This document shows positions 34,962 to 45,742 of a stretch of 55,645 nt of DNA, one piece after another. The translations under genes were made by a program, and so were the position numbers. Position 1 is the stretch's first letter, and each line of letters starts with the position of its first letter. A model generated the notes under the pieces. That model was not told where the DNA came from. It made no database searches and worked only from the letters and a program-made list of their open reading frames with translations. This stretch comes from a virus (lineage: Duplodnaviria > Caudoviricetes): the IMG/VR virus record IMGVR_UViG_3300037503_000005, positions 1 to 55,645 of that record; one strand, given 5' to 3'.

Positions 34962-37430
34962 CTACGCTAGTGCTCCGATATTCCTGAGCGCCTTGACCAC
35001 CTGTTTCATCGTATAACCGTCAAACGTCGAAGCGTCATTAACAGCCGTCCCCGTGTTAGCTACGAAGGTAGCAGCCGCCACGCCAGTTGTGGGTTGCACT
35101 ATCGGCGTGGCGTTCCACAGTGACAGCTTTTGGCTGGTCGCTGTTCCGATCTTCGTGCCCGTCGAAGTGCCCACAACGAAGTGAACACCTTCACCGAATT
35201 GCATCACTCCGCTAATGAAGTTGAACCCGACGAACCCGCTTTGCGTCCCGTCGAAATCAAGGTAGCCAGTGCCGCTGTTTCTACCGATCTTGTAGCAATA
35301 GGGCGCGCCGACCCCGATGCGTAAGTAGTCGCCCGATGCCCCGTTGTAGATTTCAAGCGCAGCGCCGGGGTTGTTCGTATTGATGCCCGTATACCCGCTC
35401 GTGAGAATAGTCAGCCTCTCAGTGCTCTCGTTGATGAACGCGAGGCGGCTATTCGGGGCGTCATTCCCGCCACGGTTGTCTATGTACCAGTTTGAGGCGA
35501 CGCTTGCGACCGTCCCCCTGAGCTGAATGCCCGCGACTCCATTGGCATGTGTGGAGGCAAAGAGCAGGCGGGAGGAGGAGGCCGACGAATAGACCTCCAG
35601 GGGCGATACTCCGGCATTGGCAGCGCCCAGACCGAGGGCGGTAAATTGTGGCGTGCTGCCCGTACCTAAGCCCAGAATCGTTTTGACGGTTGACGCACTC
35701 AGGTCTTCAGGGTCTCCGGTTCCGGCTGTATTCCTGCCCTTCAGGGTCTGCGTCGCCATGTTCGCGGCCTTGGCGTTCGACACGGCATCATTATCAATGT
35801 CGGCTGTGGCCGCCGTATTCTTAGTTGCCAACGCCCCAAGACCACTGATAGCAGCAGGACTAAGCAGCCCTCCTCCGGCTGCGCTCTGGTGGTTATGCGT
35901 GGCGAATGAGAAGTCTGACGTGACCAGATAGTGAATGTAAGCTGCGCCATATTCACGACCCGACGCACCGAGGCTGAGGGTGTTATTTACCGCCGGAATG
36001 ATCGGCCCGTCAAAATCGTAATACACAGCCCCTATCTGTGTTCCCCGAAACTTGCAATGGCCGGAGGTGTCATCACGATCAACTGAATACTGGTAATCGG
36101 GGTTGAAGCCCCAGATGATGGTCTGTTCCAGAGTCGTGTTGTTTGGGCTGTAGACGATCAACCCGGCTTCAGGCGTCCCTAAAGGCTTGCTGCCTACCAG
36201 AAGTCGTCTAGGGACGCGGACGGGAGGAGAGTCGGAATCCTCATAGCCGACAATGATTTCGTCGCTGCCGTTTAAGCCGAGCATACGTACGACGGACGAT
36301 CCGCTCTGGCTGAGCGCAGAGTAGAATGTTTCGTTAGGTATGACTACTCTTCGTTCGGGAAAGCTTAAAAAGTCAGGGTTGGTGATGCCGACACCGAAAC
36401 AGCCATTAAGGTATCCGTATCCGTCCACGGCACTGACCAGAAACATTCTTTGCCCTGCGTAGCCTGGTTCTAATGATCCTGTCTCCCCGAACCCCCAGTA
36501 ATCGCCCGCCCAGAGCCACAATCCCTGCTCGGCATTGTCCCGTCTTATTTGAAAATATGACACGCGGCGCACAGTGCCATCTTCCGCGATGATTTCACGG
36601 TTGCTCTCCATGTAGTGGACGCCGCTCAGAGGATAGTCGGATTCGATGGTCTGATGAAATGCAGCGTCCAATGGGTCTATTCTGTTCCCCTGATAATAGT
36701 TATAACCAATCTCTAAGACGCTATCGCCCGAACCCTGATTTGAGACGCCGATTGAAAAGTCGCTGACGAGAGACGCTAAGCGAATGCTGCCGTCCGGCGC
36801 TCCCGCAAGGCCAATCTGCAACAGGTCGGAGAGAAAGAGGCTGGCGAGCGCGGCGCTTGATGCGGAGTCAAGCCTGTCCCCATTCAAAGAATTAACCGGA
36901 ACCCAGTCGGAGAGTATTGCGCGCCTGAATTCCACATCGTCGGCATACCACGTCCCACCTGACGAGCCTGACACCCGAACTGCCACCTGTGCATAGACCG
37001 TGTTAGCGGGGGCTGTTAAGACGCCTTTAGATTGTGTGTATGAACCTGGTGCTACTGAATTACCGTCAGAAGTGGAGATAAGGGTTTTATTGACATCCAA
37101 CCAGCGCAGGCGCACGCCGGCGCGCGGCGTGGTTCCGATCACACTTATGCCCTTGAAGTATGCCGAGGCGTAAAACCTATCACCTGGGCGGCAGTCAACT
37201 AAGTTGAGATTATTGAACGTGTAAATTGCGGCTTCGACTGTGGGCAGGCATTTAGCCGCGTAGGTTCCTGTCTGAGGGTTGGAGGCGACGACAGACCATT
37301 GGGCATCACCCGACCACGAGGGGCTATTCACATCTTCATTCTCAAACCCTGGATTCTGAGCAAGGTTCGAGTAGTCCGTGTGCTGGACATCTGTATCACC
37401 TATGAGCGGAATGTCTATTGGTGTCGGCAT
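34962..37430 (-). CDS. Tail fibre / receptor-binding protein with N-terminal carbohydrate-binding-like domain
   Basis: NLAQNPGFE...WYADDVE CBM-like module; GI.T.NP...LEI fibre repeats; last large tail gene. Confidence 0.75.
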   Translation of the reverse strand: MPTPIDIPLIGDTDVQHTDYSNLAQNPGFENEDVNSPSWSGDAQWSVVASNPQTGTYAAKCLPTVEAAIYTFNNLNLVDCRPGDRFYASAYFKGISVIGTTPRAGVRLRWLDVNKTLISTSDGNSVAPGSYTQSKGVLTAPANTVYAQVAVRVSGSSGGTWYADDVEFRRAILSDWVPVNSLNGDRLDSASSAALASLFLSDLLQIGLAGAPDGSIRLASLVSDFSIGVSNQGSGDSVLEIGYNYYQGNRIDPLDAAFHQTIESDYPLSGVHYMESNREIIAEDGTVRRVSYFQIRRDNAEQGLWLWAGDYWGFGETGSLEPGYAGQRMFLVSAVDGYGYLNGCFGVGITNPDFLSFPERRVVIPNETFYSALSQSGSSVVRMLGLNGSDEIIVGYEDSDSPPVRVPRRLLVGSKPLGTPEAGLIVYSPNNTTLEQTIIWGFNPDYQYSVDRDDTSGHCKFRGTQIGAVYYDFDGPIIPAVNNTLSLGASGREYGAAYIHYLVTSDFSFATHNHQSAAGGGLLSPAAISGLGALATKNTAATADIDNDAVSNAKAANMATQTLKGRNTAGTGDPEDLSASTVKTILGLGTGSTPQFTALGLGAANAGVSPLEVYSSASSSRLLFASTHANGVAGIQLRGTVASVASNWYIDNRGGNDAPNSRLAFINESTERLTILTSGYTGINTNNPGAALEIYNGASGDYLRIGVGAPYCYKIGRNSGTGYLDFDGTQSGFVGFNFISGVMQFGEGVHFVVGTSTGTKIGTATSQKLSLWNATPIVQPTTGVAAATFVANTGTAVNDASTFDGYTMKQVVKALRNIGALA

Positions 37431-40189
37431 TAGTAAACTCCGTAATTCGTTGAATCACCAAAAGCATCTGAAAAGAACGCCCGCACGTACAGCCTTCTTA
37501 TTCCTGTTGGCTTGTTAAATGAGATGGTCACGGCTGCACTCGGATAGGGCTTAGCCCCTTCTTTTGTGATGATGATGTTGCTAAATAAGCTATCAGTTGC
37601 GACCTGCAAAGTGGTTTTGAGAAACGTCATACGCTTAGACGCTGACTCCGTTGACGTGACGCGGACAGAGACGCTGTTTGGGGATAGTGTGACTAGGAGT
37701 GTCGGGGCGGTCGGCATGGTGACGTTGTAAGACGCGCTTGCGCCCGTCCCAAGGTTCCCCCACTTGTCGAGCGTGTGAGCGTAGCGAGTCCCTGAGCGCG
37801 GATCGGTTGAGAGCTGCGAATCACTCCACTTGTTTGAGGCGTGGGTATCTATTACTCCGGTCAGGCCGTTTGATGATGTGCTTATCTGGTAGAGACCGCC
37901 GAAGGTCGCCGCAGTAGATACGCCATGCGAGTGGATGAGAGAAGTTCCGTCAAAGGTGATCGTAAAAGGCGTCACGGCTGCAATGGTCGGAACGTTGTAG
38001 GTCGCCGTCGCGTAGGTCGCAGACCTCACCCGGGAGTTGTTGCGGGTGTAGGCTCGGCGAGCAATCGAAGCCTCACCTTTAACGGGCGTGTACCTGTAGA
38101 TGTTGGAAAGTGCCGCCTGAACTATCACGTTGCCATTATTCGGGTCGGTGAATTCGTAAGATTTCAGGTCTGTGTCTGTGACCGTGGCGCTCTTGAACTC
38201 AAGCGTGCCGTTGGTCTGTAGCGTGACGGTAAGAGAGCTAGGTGTGGCGGGCGTGATGATATTGCCCGTTAAAGTAATCGAATACGTGATCGCCCCGGCT
38301 ATCCCGGCAGAGGCGAAGTCGGATTCGGGAACCACCTTGATGTTATATGTAAGTTTCTGCACGCCCCGAATGTCGGCGGAACCCAGGAGAGTGGTCACGT
38401 CGGGACGGATGATCGCAACGTCCGTGTACGCTGAATCGGCCTCGGCGGATTTCTTGATGAACACGCGCCCGCGCTGCCCCCCCAGGCCACGGTACGCCGC
38501 GAACTGCGCCGCCACATGAATACCTATATCCCACGTTCCGTCATCTAAGAGTTGCCCTATCTCGGTTAAAGTTACCGACACGGCTTGCGGCGGCGCTGTG
38601 TACGGATTAGGTCTATTAGAAGGCAGCGGTCTTAAAGCCGGACTATGTGAGGTATCAGAATAGAGCCCGTTCTGGTAAATCTGCATCTGCACGGTATCGG
38701 CCAAATTGGTATCACCGTGCTCTGTTTTCTGGATGATTTTGAATTTCTGATTAGTCCAGTCAACTTCGGGGTGTGAAACGCTCGCAACATCAGAAGTAAT
38801 AACATGGTATAGGTCTGGCGAGACGTTTACTCTCACCATTTGATCCATGTCGCACAAGACTCTCGCCCAGTAATAAGCCACACGCTCGGCTTGGGTCTTG
38901 CGCATACTTCCGCCGTTAATCGTATACACAGGACCTTGAAGTAAATCCCTCTTGACTCGTATCGGATCGGCAGGTGACAGAAACTCATCATCTAAATCGC
39001 GGTATTCAACTACTATCTCTTTAGGCCTGTCTTTTCTATCCACCTGCCACGTCTGAAAAGTCTTGTACTGAACTTTCGTGGTATCAATCGTAAACACAGA
39101 TGCACGGTCGGCGGGAGATAGAAAGCTCAGTTTCCTGTTGGCGTCCTGAAACTCCATGCATGAGACCTGACCTATGCGAAGTAGCACGTCGGACAGCTTG
39201 AATGGAGGTAAAAAGAATAGGTGCGATTCAAAGCGGGGTATCTGTGTCCTCAGTACTCCGGCTGCTGCATTAGGAGGTGAGCCCGCCGTCCCGCCAGTCA
39301 GATTAAGACGAGCCATAGTGTTTGAGGCCGCGCCCACAACTACCCAGTATTGAGCGCCTATATATACACGATAACCGTCAACATCTTCGACCGCGCGCCA
39401 GTTGACCGCAAGAGCGCCATTTAAGCCAGACCCGTCAGGGCCGCTCAAGGTGATAGTCACAGCATCAGAGGCGGCGGACACGTCCGAACCCTTGTATGCG
39501 GCCACGCGCACGCTGTACGTCCCTGCCGGAATTGCGCCGCCGTCCTCCTCAAACAGTGCCACGTCTTTCGGTATGAATTCCCCGGTCTCCCAATAAATGA
39601 GTTCGTCGCAGTAGTCGCGCCACGCCACCCACGCAGGCCAGTTTATTCTTGCGACACTTCGTTTGAACCACCTGAGTAAATAATCTGCCACCACGTTCGC
39701 CGGGTTGGGCTTGTAAAAGAAGTGGGAGAGGGGATTATCTGAAGCGGACACGAGTGAGCCGTCCTGCTTGATCTGTCTCCCCTGGTTGTCATAGTCGGCG
39801 GTTTTGAGCGTCCGAAATATGCCGACTAATTTAGTGGGAGCGCTGCCGTCCGTCCCCATCCCGACAGGCAAGCGAGCGCGGTTGTATGAGACGTTGGGGT
39901 GTTTGTCTGAAGCAAATTGGTCTGAGGTGTCGGTTTCGTTCCCTGGGTGGAAAGCCCACTCTGCGGTTTCTAACAGGTATCCGTCATAGTACATTCTTTC
40001 GCAGGCGTCCCACGGCCCCATCCCATTAGACTGAGTGAGTGAGGTTTGAAAATCATTTCCCGAAGGGTAAATAACATGCTGGACGAGCTTGTTCTCCGGC
40101 CCTACGGGGTGTTTACCATGGGCTATTGCAAGGCGGTAGTTTCTCGCCTGTGGATCGTTCTGGTCATTTATTGGTCTCGGTTCGGCCAT
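37430..40189 (-). CDS. Tail tip / central fibre protein
   Basis: 919 aa, NPA....D motif, Fn3-like segments; position. Confidence 0.75.
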   Translation of the reverse strand: MAEPRPINDQNDPQARNYRLAIAHGKHPVGPENKLVQHVIYPSGNDFQTSLTQSNGMGPWDACERMYYDGYLLETAEWAFHPGNETDTSDQFASDKHPNVSYNRARLPVGMGTDGSAPTKLVGIFRTLKTADYDNQGRQIKQDGSLVSASDNPLSHFFYKPNPANVVADYLLRWFKRSVARINWPAWVAWRDYCDELIYWETGEFIPKDVALFEEDGGAIPAGTYSVRVAAYKGSDVSAASDAVTITLSGPDGSGLNGALAVNWRAVEDVDGYRVYIGAQYWVVVGAASNTMARLNLTGGTAGSPPNAAAGVLRTQIPRFESHLFFLPPFKLSDVLLRIGQVSCMEFQDANRKLSFLSPADRASVFTIDTTKVQYKTFQTWQVDRKDRPKEIVVEYRDLDDEFLSPADPIRVKRDLLQGPVYTINGGSMRKTQAERVAYYWARVLCDMDQMVRVNVSPDLYHVITSDVASVSHPEVDWTNQKFKIIQKTEHGDTNLADTVQMQIYQNGLYSDTSHSPALRPLPSNRPNPYTAPPQAVSVTLTEIGQLLDDGTWDIGIHVAAQFAAYRGLGGQRGRVFIKKSAEADSAYTDVAIIRPDVTTLLGSADIRGVQKLTYNIKVVPESDFASAGIAGAITYSITLTGNIITPATPSSLTVTLQTNGTLEFKSATVTDTDLKSYEFTDPNNGNVIVQAALSNIYRYTPVKGEASIARRAYTRNNSRVRSATYATATYNVPTIAAVTPFTITFDGTSLIHSHGVSTAATFGGLYQISTSSNGLTGVIDTHASNKWSDSQLSTDPRSGTRYAHTLDKWGNLGTGASASYNVTMPTAPTLLVTLSPNSVSVRVTSTESASKRMTFLKTTLQVATDSLFSNIIITKEGAKPYPSAAVTISFNKPTGIRRLYVRAFFSDAFGDSTNYGVY

Positions 40190-40750
40190 CTACACTTCCT
40201 GAATTCTCATCGACCAGCCGACGCCTGTTTCGCTCGGCTCTCGCGTTAGCCCCGAATTGGCATAACAGGTAATTCTTCTTTCTAAGAGAACGTCATCCAA
40301 GTAAAACAGTCGATCTGCGCTAGGTGGATAATGAGCATTCCAGAATGCTTCTAAAGCAAGGTATACATCCGAGTCCGCATCACTGCGTTTTATGTCCCAG
40401 GCCTCCTTTGCTCCCTGGTCTGTACGGCTCTGCGGCGCTCCGCTTAAAGGAATGAAAACTCTGACCTTCTTATCTTTTGTGACCTGGTTGAGGAAAGCCC
40501 ACCACTCAGGCTGAAACACCCCCACCACCGTGATTGTGATAACGGTGGTTTCGTTCGCGGCGTTCTTTGCGGAGAGCGTATAAGTACCGGATACATTCGG
40601 GGCTTTCCAAGTCGCGGATGTAGCGGTAATGCTGGACAGTGTGCCGCCCGTGGCCGACCAGAGAGTTATAGTCTGATTACTGTTAAAGACGGTCACACTC
40701 AGACCCTCTTTGTTTATGCTTCCACCTGGTGTAATAGTCGGCGCAGGCAT
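40190..40750 (-). CDS. Minor tail (distal tail-like) protein with Ig-like N-terminus
   Basis: WSATGG...WKAP..SGTY Ig-like segment; position. Confidence 0.6.
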   Translation of the reverse strand: MPAPTITPGGSINKEGLSVTVFNSNQTITLWSATGGTLSSITATSATWKAPNVSGTYTLSAKNAANETTVITITVVGVFQPEWWAFLNQVTKDKKVRVFIPLSGAPQSRTDQGAKEAWDIKRSDADSDVYLALEAFWNAHYPPSADRLFYLDDVLLERRITCYANSGLTREPSETGVGWSMRIQEV

Positions 40751-40752
40751 AA

Positions 40753-41574
40753 TTAGTCCTCAAGTAGATTCCCGAACAGCCAACTCTTTCTTGAGCGGAT
40801 AAAATCATTCGGGTCAGAGCGGTCATCAATGACTCCGGTTAGTGGTGGAGGCGGAACGTCTCTGAACGGGAAGCGTTCTGAGATAATCTCTCCGGTGTAT
40901 TCGGCCTCTAAATCCGATTCGACCGTAAAGGCTACTTTCGCCTCTGCCTCATCAACAACAGCACTCCTGATTTCCCCCGGCAACCTCGCGTCGTAGTATT
41001 CAAGTCCGCCGCTCAAGTCCTGATGAATTGTTCCGATGATTCCAAGCGCACCGTCTAAGGCGCTCACTTGTCCTGTAATAGACAGCCCCATCGCTTTATC
41101 GACGTTCTGGACTTCCACATTCATGCGGTCAACTATCTGCCCGTTGGTCATCTTTAGCCCCTCGTCCGAAGGTCTAAGATTTCCCAAATACTGAATCCCG
41201 TTTATCAGCACGTCCTTGGTAGCTAGGTAAAGAATCGTGACCTTGACCAGCTTGTTAGTTCCTGAACCGATCCATGTAATATCTATCGCTGCACCACCCG
41301 CCGTAGGAGCCAGCTTCAATGTGTTAGTCGTCACGTCCCGGACGTGGTAGACAGTCTGGTAATCAAACGGTTTAGGCAAGAACCCGTCATCGTTTCTCAC
41401 GATCACCTTGTCGCCGTTCAATAAGCCATGGTTGGTACACGTCAGAATGTCTGTGAGCGCGGCAGTAAAGGTTTTGGGGAGACTCAGCATTAGAATCAAA
41501 TCCAACGTGGTTACTTCCCCGCAGTAACCAGTGGCTATCAGGTCGGAGTGTGCCGTGATGAGTGTGCGCGTCAT
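40753..41574 (-). CDS. Minor tail / hub protein with inserted beta domain
   Basis: Directly after TMP; HGL.NGD.V...Y.V......L.LA insertion. Confidence 0.6.
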   Translation of the reverse strand: MTRTLITAHSDLIATGYCGEVTTLDLILMLSLPKTFTAALTDILTCTNHGLLNGDKVIVRNDDGFLPKPFDYQTVYHVRDVTTNTLKLAPTAGGAAIDITWIGSGTNKLVKVTILYLATKDVLINGIQYLGNLRPSDEGLKMTNGQIVDRMNVEVQNVDKAMGLSITGQVSALDGALGIIGTIHQDLSGGLEYYDARLPGEIRSAVVDEAEAKVAFTVESDLEAEYTGEIISERFPFRDVPPPPLTGVIDDRSDPNDFIRSRKSWLFGNLLED

Positions 41575-44500
41575 CCTATCTCCTTATATGCCATCCTGAT
41601 ATTGACGAGTTTTGTAATTGAGTTCTTAAACTTGCTTGACTTAATGATGATCTTCGCCAGCCCATCCGCGTCAATAGACACGTCAGCCGAAAGGTCTGGA
41701 ATAACCAGCGACCCGTCCGCCACTGAACCGCCTGACAACGCTCCCACACTTCCACCACCCTGATAACCGGGCACGCCCGCCGCACGCATCGCGCGCGCGC
41801 CCCCCAGACGATCCCTCTGCGTGGTGGTGATAACCGTTTCGTCACCATCAACGCGAATCATGTAAGGGTCTCGTCCGGTACGTGAGTAGGGAACCAGCCC
41901 GTTAAAGGTTCGCATCCGCTCAAATACACTTCCACCAGTAGCGAAGGCAGGAGTTAAATGCTCTCTTACTCTCTCCGCTTCTTTGTCCTGCGCATCCCGT
42001 CTCCCCGCCGCTTCCTTGATCTGATTTATGATTGCGTCAAGGCGTGCAACATCCTGAATGGCATGCGATTTAGTTTTACCGTCCTTCAAACCATTAGCCA
42101 TCGTCATGTACTGCTCACGTACCTGCATCGCTGCGGCAATGGCCTGCTCGCCCGTCATGTGATCTGAGCCGAAGGTTTTGACCCTGCGTAAGATATCCCG
42201 CAGTTGTTCAAGGGCATCGCGTCCAGCCTTATCTCTTATCTTCTCTTCAGCCCTGCGCCTCGCGTTACGCCCAAGGACGAAAGCACCTATCAGAAGAGGT
42301 GTGAAGAACATGCCGCCGATGCCGAGAATGGTTCCCAGGGTGCTTCCACGCCCCAGGTAAGCCCCGATACCAGCGACAGCCAAGGGAAGGGCGGCAGCGC
42401 CCAGAGAGGCCAAGCCAGCACCGCCGAAGAGACCGCCACCGGCTAGTCCGCCAGGGAGTATCGGGCCGTAACTTCCGGCAGAGGCTAACCCTTGGGAGAT
42501 TTGTGCGCCTGTGAGTGCCGCCGGAGGCGCAAGAGAGCCGCCCGCGGCTACTGCCGCACCGCCTCCAAAGAGTCTGGTGATACCGCCGAAGATGCTGCTA
42601 AGTATTCCGCCGCCTCCACCCCCGAAGAGTCCTCCGCTTGATTGACCGCCGCCGCCAAACAGCGCCTGAAACAGTTTGTTAAGAACAAGGCGAGTTAAAC
42701 CGGAAAGGATGTCCTGAATGATCTTGCCGATTGCCCCTAATCGTTTGGTAAGCTTACTAAACAGCCCGTCTACCGAACCCGCAACGCCCTCATAAATGCC
42801 AATGATCGTATCGCCCATAATTTCGGTTGCTGAGCGTTGTTGTGTCAGATGGTCTAAGACAATCGCCCGTACCTGATCGGAATGAACAACCGATTGATCC
42901 GCGATGCGAACCTGAGAAGCTATTTGTGATTCGCGTGCTAACTGATCTGCTACAGCAACATCATTGATAGCCTGCTGCCACGCATTTCGATAGCGCTCTG
43001 CTGCCGTCCCACTGATGATGCCTATTTCCTCTTGGAGACGTTTGAACTCTTCATCTAAACGGTTACGCTCCTTTTGAATTGGCGCAATATCGGACTGCGC
43101 AAGGTAAGTATTCCGAAGCGCTGTGGTGATTCTGTCTACAACCGAATCCAGTTTGGAGGGGTCAATCTCCGCGCTCGCCACAATAGATTTAATCAGCGCT
43201 TCAATCGCAACGGCGTTTTTCCCAACGTCCTCTGCGGTCTTAACGTTTAGCTGTCCGAGCAAGCTAAGCAGGGGATTGAACGCGCCCGGATCAAGCTTGA
43301 AGCCTTGGATGTCCTCAAGGGTCTGGATCAGCTCATCGAGCGCGCCTTTGGTTCTCCCGCCATACATCTCCGCGTCTAGTATCACGCGCAACTGCCCTCG
43401 CGTGATGTTGCCCAAGGCATCCATGACGGTCTTGGTTTTCTGCTCCAGGTTTGCTCTCTGCTGTGCCTCGTCTAAACCGATGAAAGCCTGCTGTAGCCTC
43501 TTCAACTCCGCTTCTGTAAATCTGGCCGCCCCCCCGTTTCTTTGCAGCCACAATGCGTACTGTTTGAGTGGGTCAATACTCCCATCCACCGTGTTCCGCA
43601 GCTCATAGGCGCGGTCATTCAACTGGTCTATTTCCTGTCTGACTGCCGCTGACGCTTTAGCGGCATCCAAGAGTTCCAATGCCTTTCTAACGGGCTTCAA
43701 ATCTTCGGCTGTACGCCCCGCCGCCTGCGCCGTATAAGCCAAGGTGTTGTTGAATTTATCTAGTTCTGTTTGCCCCGCGCGCGAGGTGGTCGTGAGTTCA
43801 AATACTTGGGCGTTTGCGGAACTAGCGGCTTGTTCTAGTTGTTGAGAAATCTGCTGGCTTCGATTAAATATTCTTTGCTGCTCATCACTTGCAAGCTCGG
43901 CCTCCCTGACTCTCGCATCAATCACCGAAGCGATATGAAGCGCCATTTTCGCGTATTCGTTGTTAAGGTCGGTCATGCCCGACTTCAATAACTTCTGCTT
44001 GGTGGCCGCGACAACACTGGAATCACCGTAGGATGCAAGTTTAGCTATCAGATCAGTAAGTATGTCATTGGCCTTCTGCTTGACCTTGTTGCTTTCTACT
44101 TCCTGCTGAACGCGATTAGCACCCCCAGATACATCTTGAGCGTTAGCGGAAGGGAGAAGGTTGGACGCGCCGACCTGTGAGAGATTAAAAGCGCCCTGTT
44201 TATACTGCGGTCGCCCGCCGAAGGCTTGGGTGACAAAATCAGACGCCTGTTTACTCAAATCCATCGCATACTTGATGTCGTTAAGGACGGCCACCGTGCC
44301 CTTCAGGATCGGGCTGACCACCTCCCACATGATAGTTGCGGCGTCCTTGATTGAGGCGAACCAGACAGACCATTGATCCTTGTTATTTTGCAGCGAGTCG
44401 GCAACTTCAATCAGGCGCCTTGTCAGGTCGTTGAATGTGGGCTCAAACGCTTCCCCGGCTAATTGAAGTAAGCCGTCTTTAATGTTAGACAGTGCGCCCA

Positions 44501-45503
44501 AGAAAGTTCTACTTTGCGCCTCCATCAACCCGCCGAAGTTAACCTGCGAGAACTTGCGAAACGATTCAATGAAGAAATCGGCACTAATCGCACCGGCCTC
44601 TACGTCCTTTGTGATTTGTGCGATTGATTTGCCGGTTGCGTTCTCAAGAATTTTCAAGGCGTCGATGCCCGCCTCAGCGAATTGACGAATCTCCTGTGAT
44701 TGTAGTTTCTCTTTCGAGCGCACATCGGACAGGGCTTTTATTATTCGCTCAAGACGCTCAGCGCCCCCGCCTGAAGCCGCGACCGCGTTTCCAACATCGG
44801 TCAGGATCGGAATAACTTCCTTGGCTTTGAATCCCAAGGCTTGCATCCGCTGTGAAGCGTCTATCAACTCAGCGAATTGAAACGGAGTTTTGAGAGCGAA
44901 TTGCTGTAGCTCTTTTAAGTGAACCTCTGCTGCCTGCGCGCTGCCGAGCATGGTGGTAAATGCTATGCGGCTGGTCTGAAGCTTCGCGGCGTAGTCAATC
45001 CATGCTCTAGTCCCGTCAGCGACAAGTGAGGTAATCTCTGAGATTGCCCGCGCGCCCAAGTTGCCCAAGCCGACAGCGCCCGCTATCCCGGCTAAACCTA
45101 TTCCCCCACGCGAGGCTTGCTCTTGTTGGCGACGCTGCTCCTGTAGGTTTCTCAGGAACTCGTTAGCCACCCTCTTGCGTTCTTTTTCAACGCGCCTCTC
45201 TTCGCTTATTGCGGCATCAGCGCCCCTCTTTTCAACCGCCGCCCTGAACCGTGCCTGCTGCTCTGCCTGCCTTCTGGTGTCAGCGTTAATGCGGGCTATC
45301 TCTTTCGCGGCATCCTCTTCCTCCTTGATTCTAGGTGATCGCGTGCGACCGCCTGCTTTACTAGTCCCCTGGCTTAACGTCTCGTTAAGTTTCTTAACTC
45401 TCTCCTCAATTCGGGCGATACTGGCAAGCGTCTCCTTCTCTCCGCCCTTAAAGTCTGGGCGAAGAACCACAGGAATTACAACCTTGTATTCGACAGTCGG
45501 CGT
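41571..45503 (-). CDS. Tape measure protein (probable ACG start at 45503)
   Basis: ~1300 aa helical, F.TMLGS...L..FA.KTPF tape-measure domain, Gly-rich hydrophobic segments. Confidence 0.92.
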   Translation of the reverse strand, partial: TPTVEYKVVIPVVLRPDFKGGEKETLASIARIEERVKKLNETLSQGTSKAGGRTRSPRIKEEEDAAKEIARINADTRRQAEQQARFRAAVEKRGADAAISEERRVEKERKRVANEFLRNLQEQRRQQEQASRGGIGLAGIAGAVGLGNLGARAISEITSLVADGTRAWIDYAAKLQTSRIAFTTMLGSAQAAEVHLKELQQFALKTPFQFAELIDASQRMQALGFKAKEVIPILTDVGNAVAASGGGAERLERIIKALSDVRSKEKLQSQEIRQFAEAGIDALKILENATGKSIAQITKDVEAGAISADFFIESFRKFSQVNFGGLMEAQSRTFLGALSNIKDGLLQLAGEAFEPTFNDLTRRLIEVADSLQNNKDQWSVWFASIKDAATIMWEVVSPILKGTVAVLNDIKYAMDLSKQASDFVTQAFGGRPQYKQGAFNLSQVGASNLLPSANAQDVSGGANRVQQEVESNKVKQKANDILTDLIAKLASYGDSSVVAATKQKLLKSGMTDLNNEYAKMALHIASVIDARVREAELASDEQQRIFNRSQQISQQLEQAASSANAQVFELTTTSRAGQTELDKFNNTLAYTAQAAGRTAEDLKPVRKALELLDAAKASAAVRQEIDQLNDRAYELRNTVDGSIDPLKQYALWLQRNGGAARFTEAELKRLQQAFIGLDEAQQRANLEQKTKTVMDALGNITRGQLRVILDAEMYGGRTKGALDELIQTLEDIQGFKLDPGAFNPLLSLLGQLNVKTAEDVGKNAVAIEALIKSIVASAEIDPSKLDSVVDRITTALRNTYLAQSDIAPIQKERNRLDEEFKRLQEEIGIISGTAAERYRNAWQQAINDVAVADQLARESQIASQVRIADQSVVHSDQVRAIVLDHLTQQRSATEIMGDTIIGIYEGVAGSVDGLFSKLTKRLGAIGKIIQDILSGLTRLVLNKLFQALFGGGGQSSGGLFGGGGGGILSSIFGGITRLFGGGAAVAAGGSLAPPAALTGAQISQGLASAGSYGPILPGGLAGGGLFGGAGLASLGAAALPLAVAGIGAYLGRGSTLGTILGIGGMFFTPLLIGAFVLGRNARRRAEEKIRDKAGRDALEQLRDILRRVKTFGSDHMTGEQAIAAAMQVREQYMTMANGLKDGKTKSHAIQDVARLDAIINQIKEAAGRRDAQDKEAERVREHLTPAFATGGSVFERMRTFNGLVPYSRTGRDPYMIRVDGDETVITTTQRDRLGGARAMRAAGVPGYQGGGSVGALSGGSVADGSLVIPDLSADVSIDADGLAKIIIKSSKFKNSITKLVNIRMAYKEIG

Positions 45504-45506
45504 AGG

Positions 45507-45742
45507 TTACTCCTTATCGTTTTCCTTTTCGCGTGCGGCGTCCCTGCCTCTGCCTAGTCCTAAAAGCGCGCACTCCACTCCGGGCGTGAACACTTCAGGG
45601 GGTACGGGGATACTTCTTTGCAACCTCTCGTCTATCTGTACTGCTATATCAAGCGCCAAAAGCAACTCTTCATTCTCATCATCTATGTCGCCCGACTTCA
45701 GGATGCGGCGCTCGACAACCTGAGCGAGCGTGGCTACAAACT
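45507..45742 (-). CDS. Frameshift extension of tail assembly chaperone (gpT-like)
   Basis: Open -1 frame overlapping the chaperone stop and ending at the TMP RBS; no ATG. Confidence 0.65.

Noticed and set aside
34962-37430. Diversity-generating retroelement or invertible tail fibre cassette
   Set aside because: No reverse transcriptase, invertase, or template/variable repeat pair seen
45061-45723. Long plus-strand ORFs here and at 43123, 52792, 11232 and 6069
   Set aside because: Ser/Leu/Phe-rich antisense shadows of real minus-strand genes
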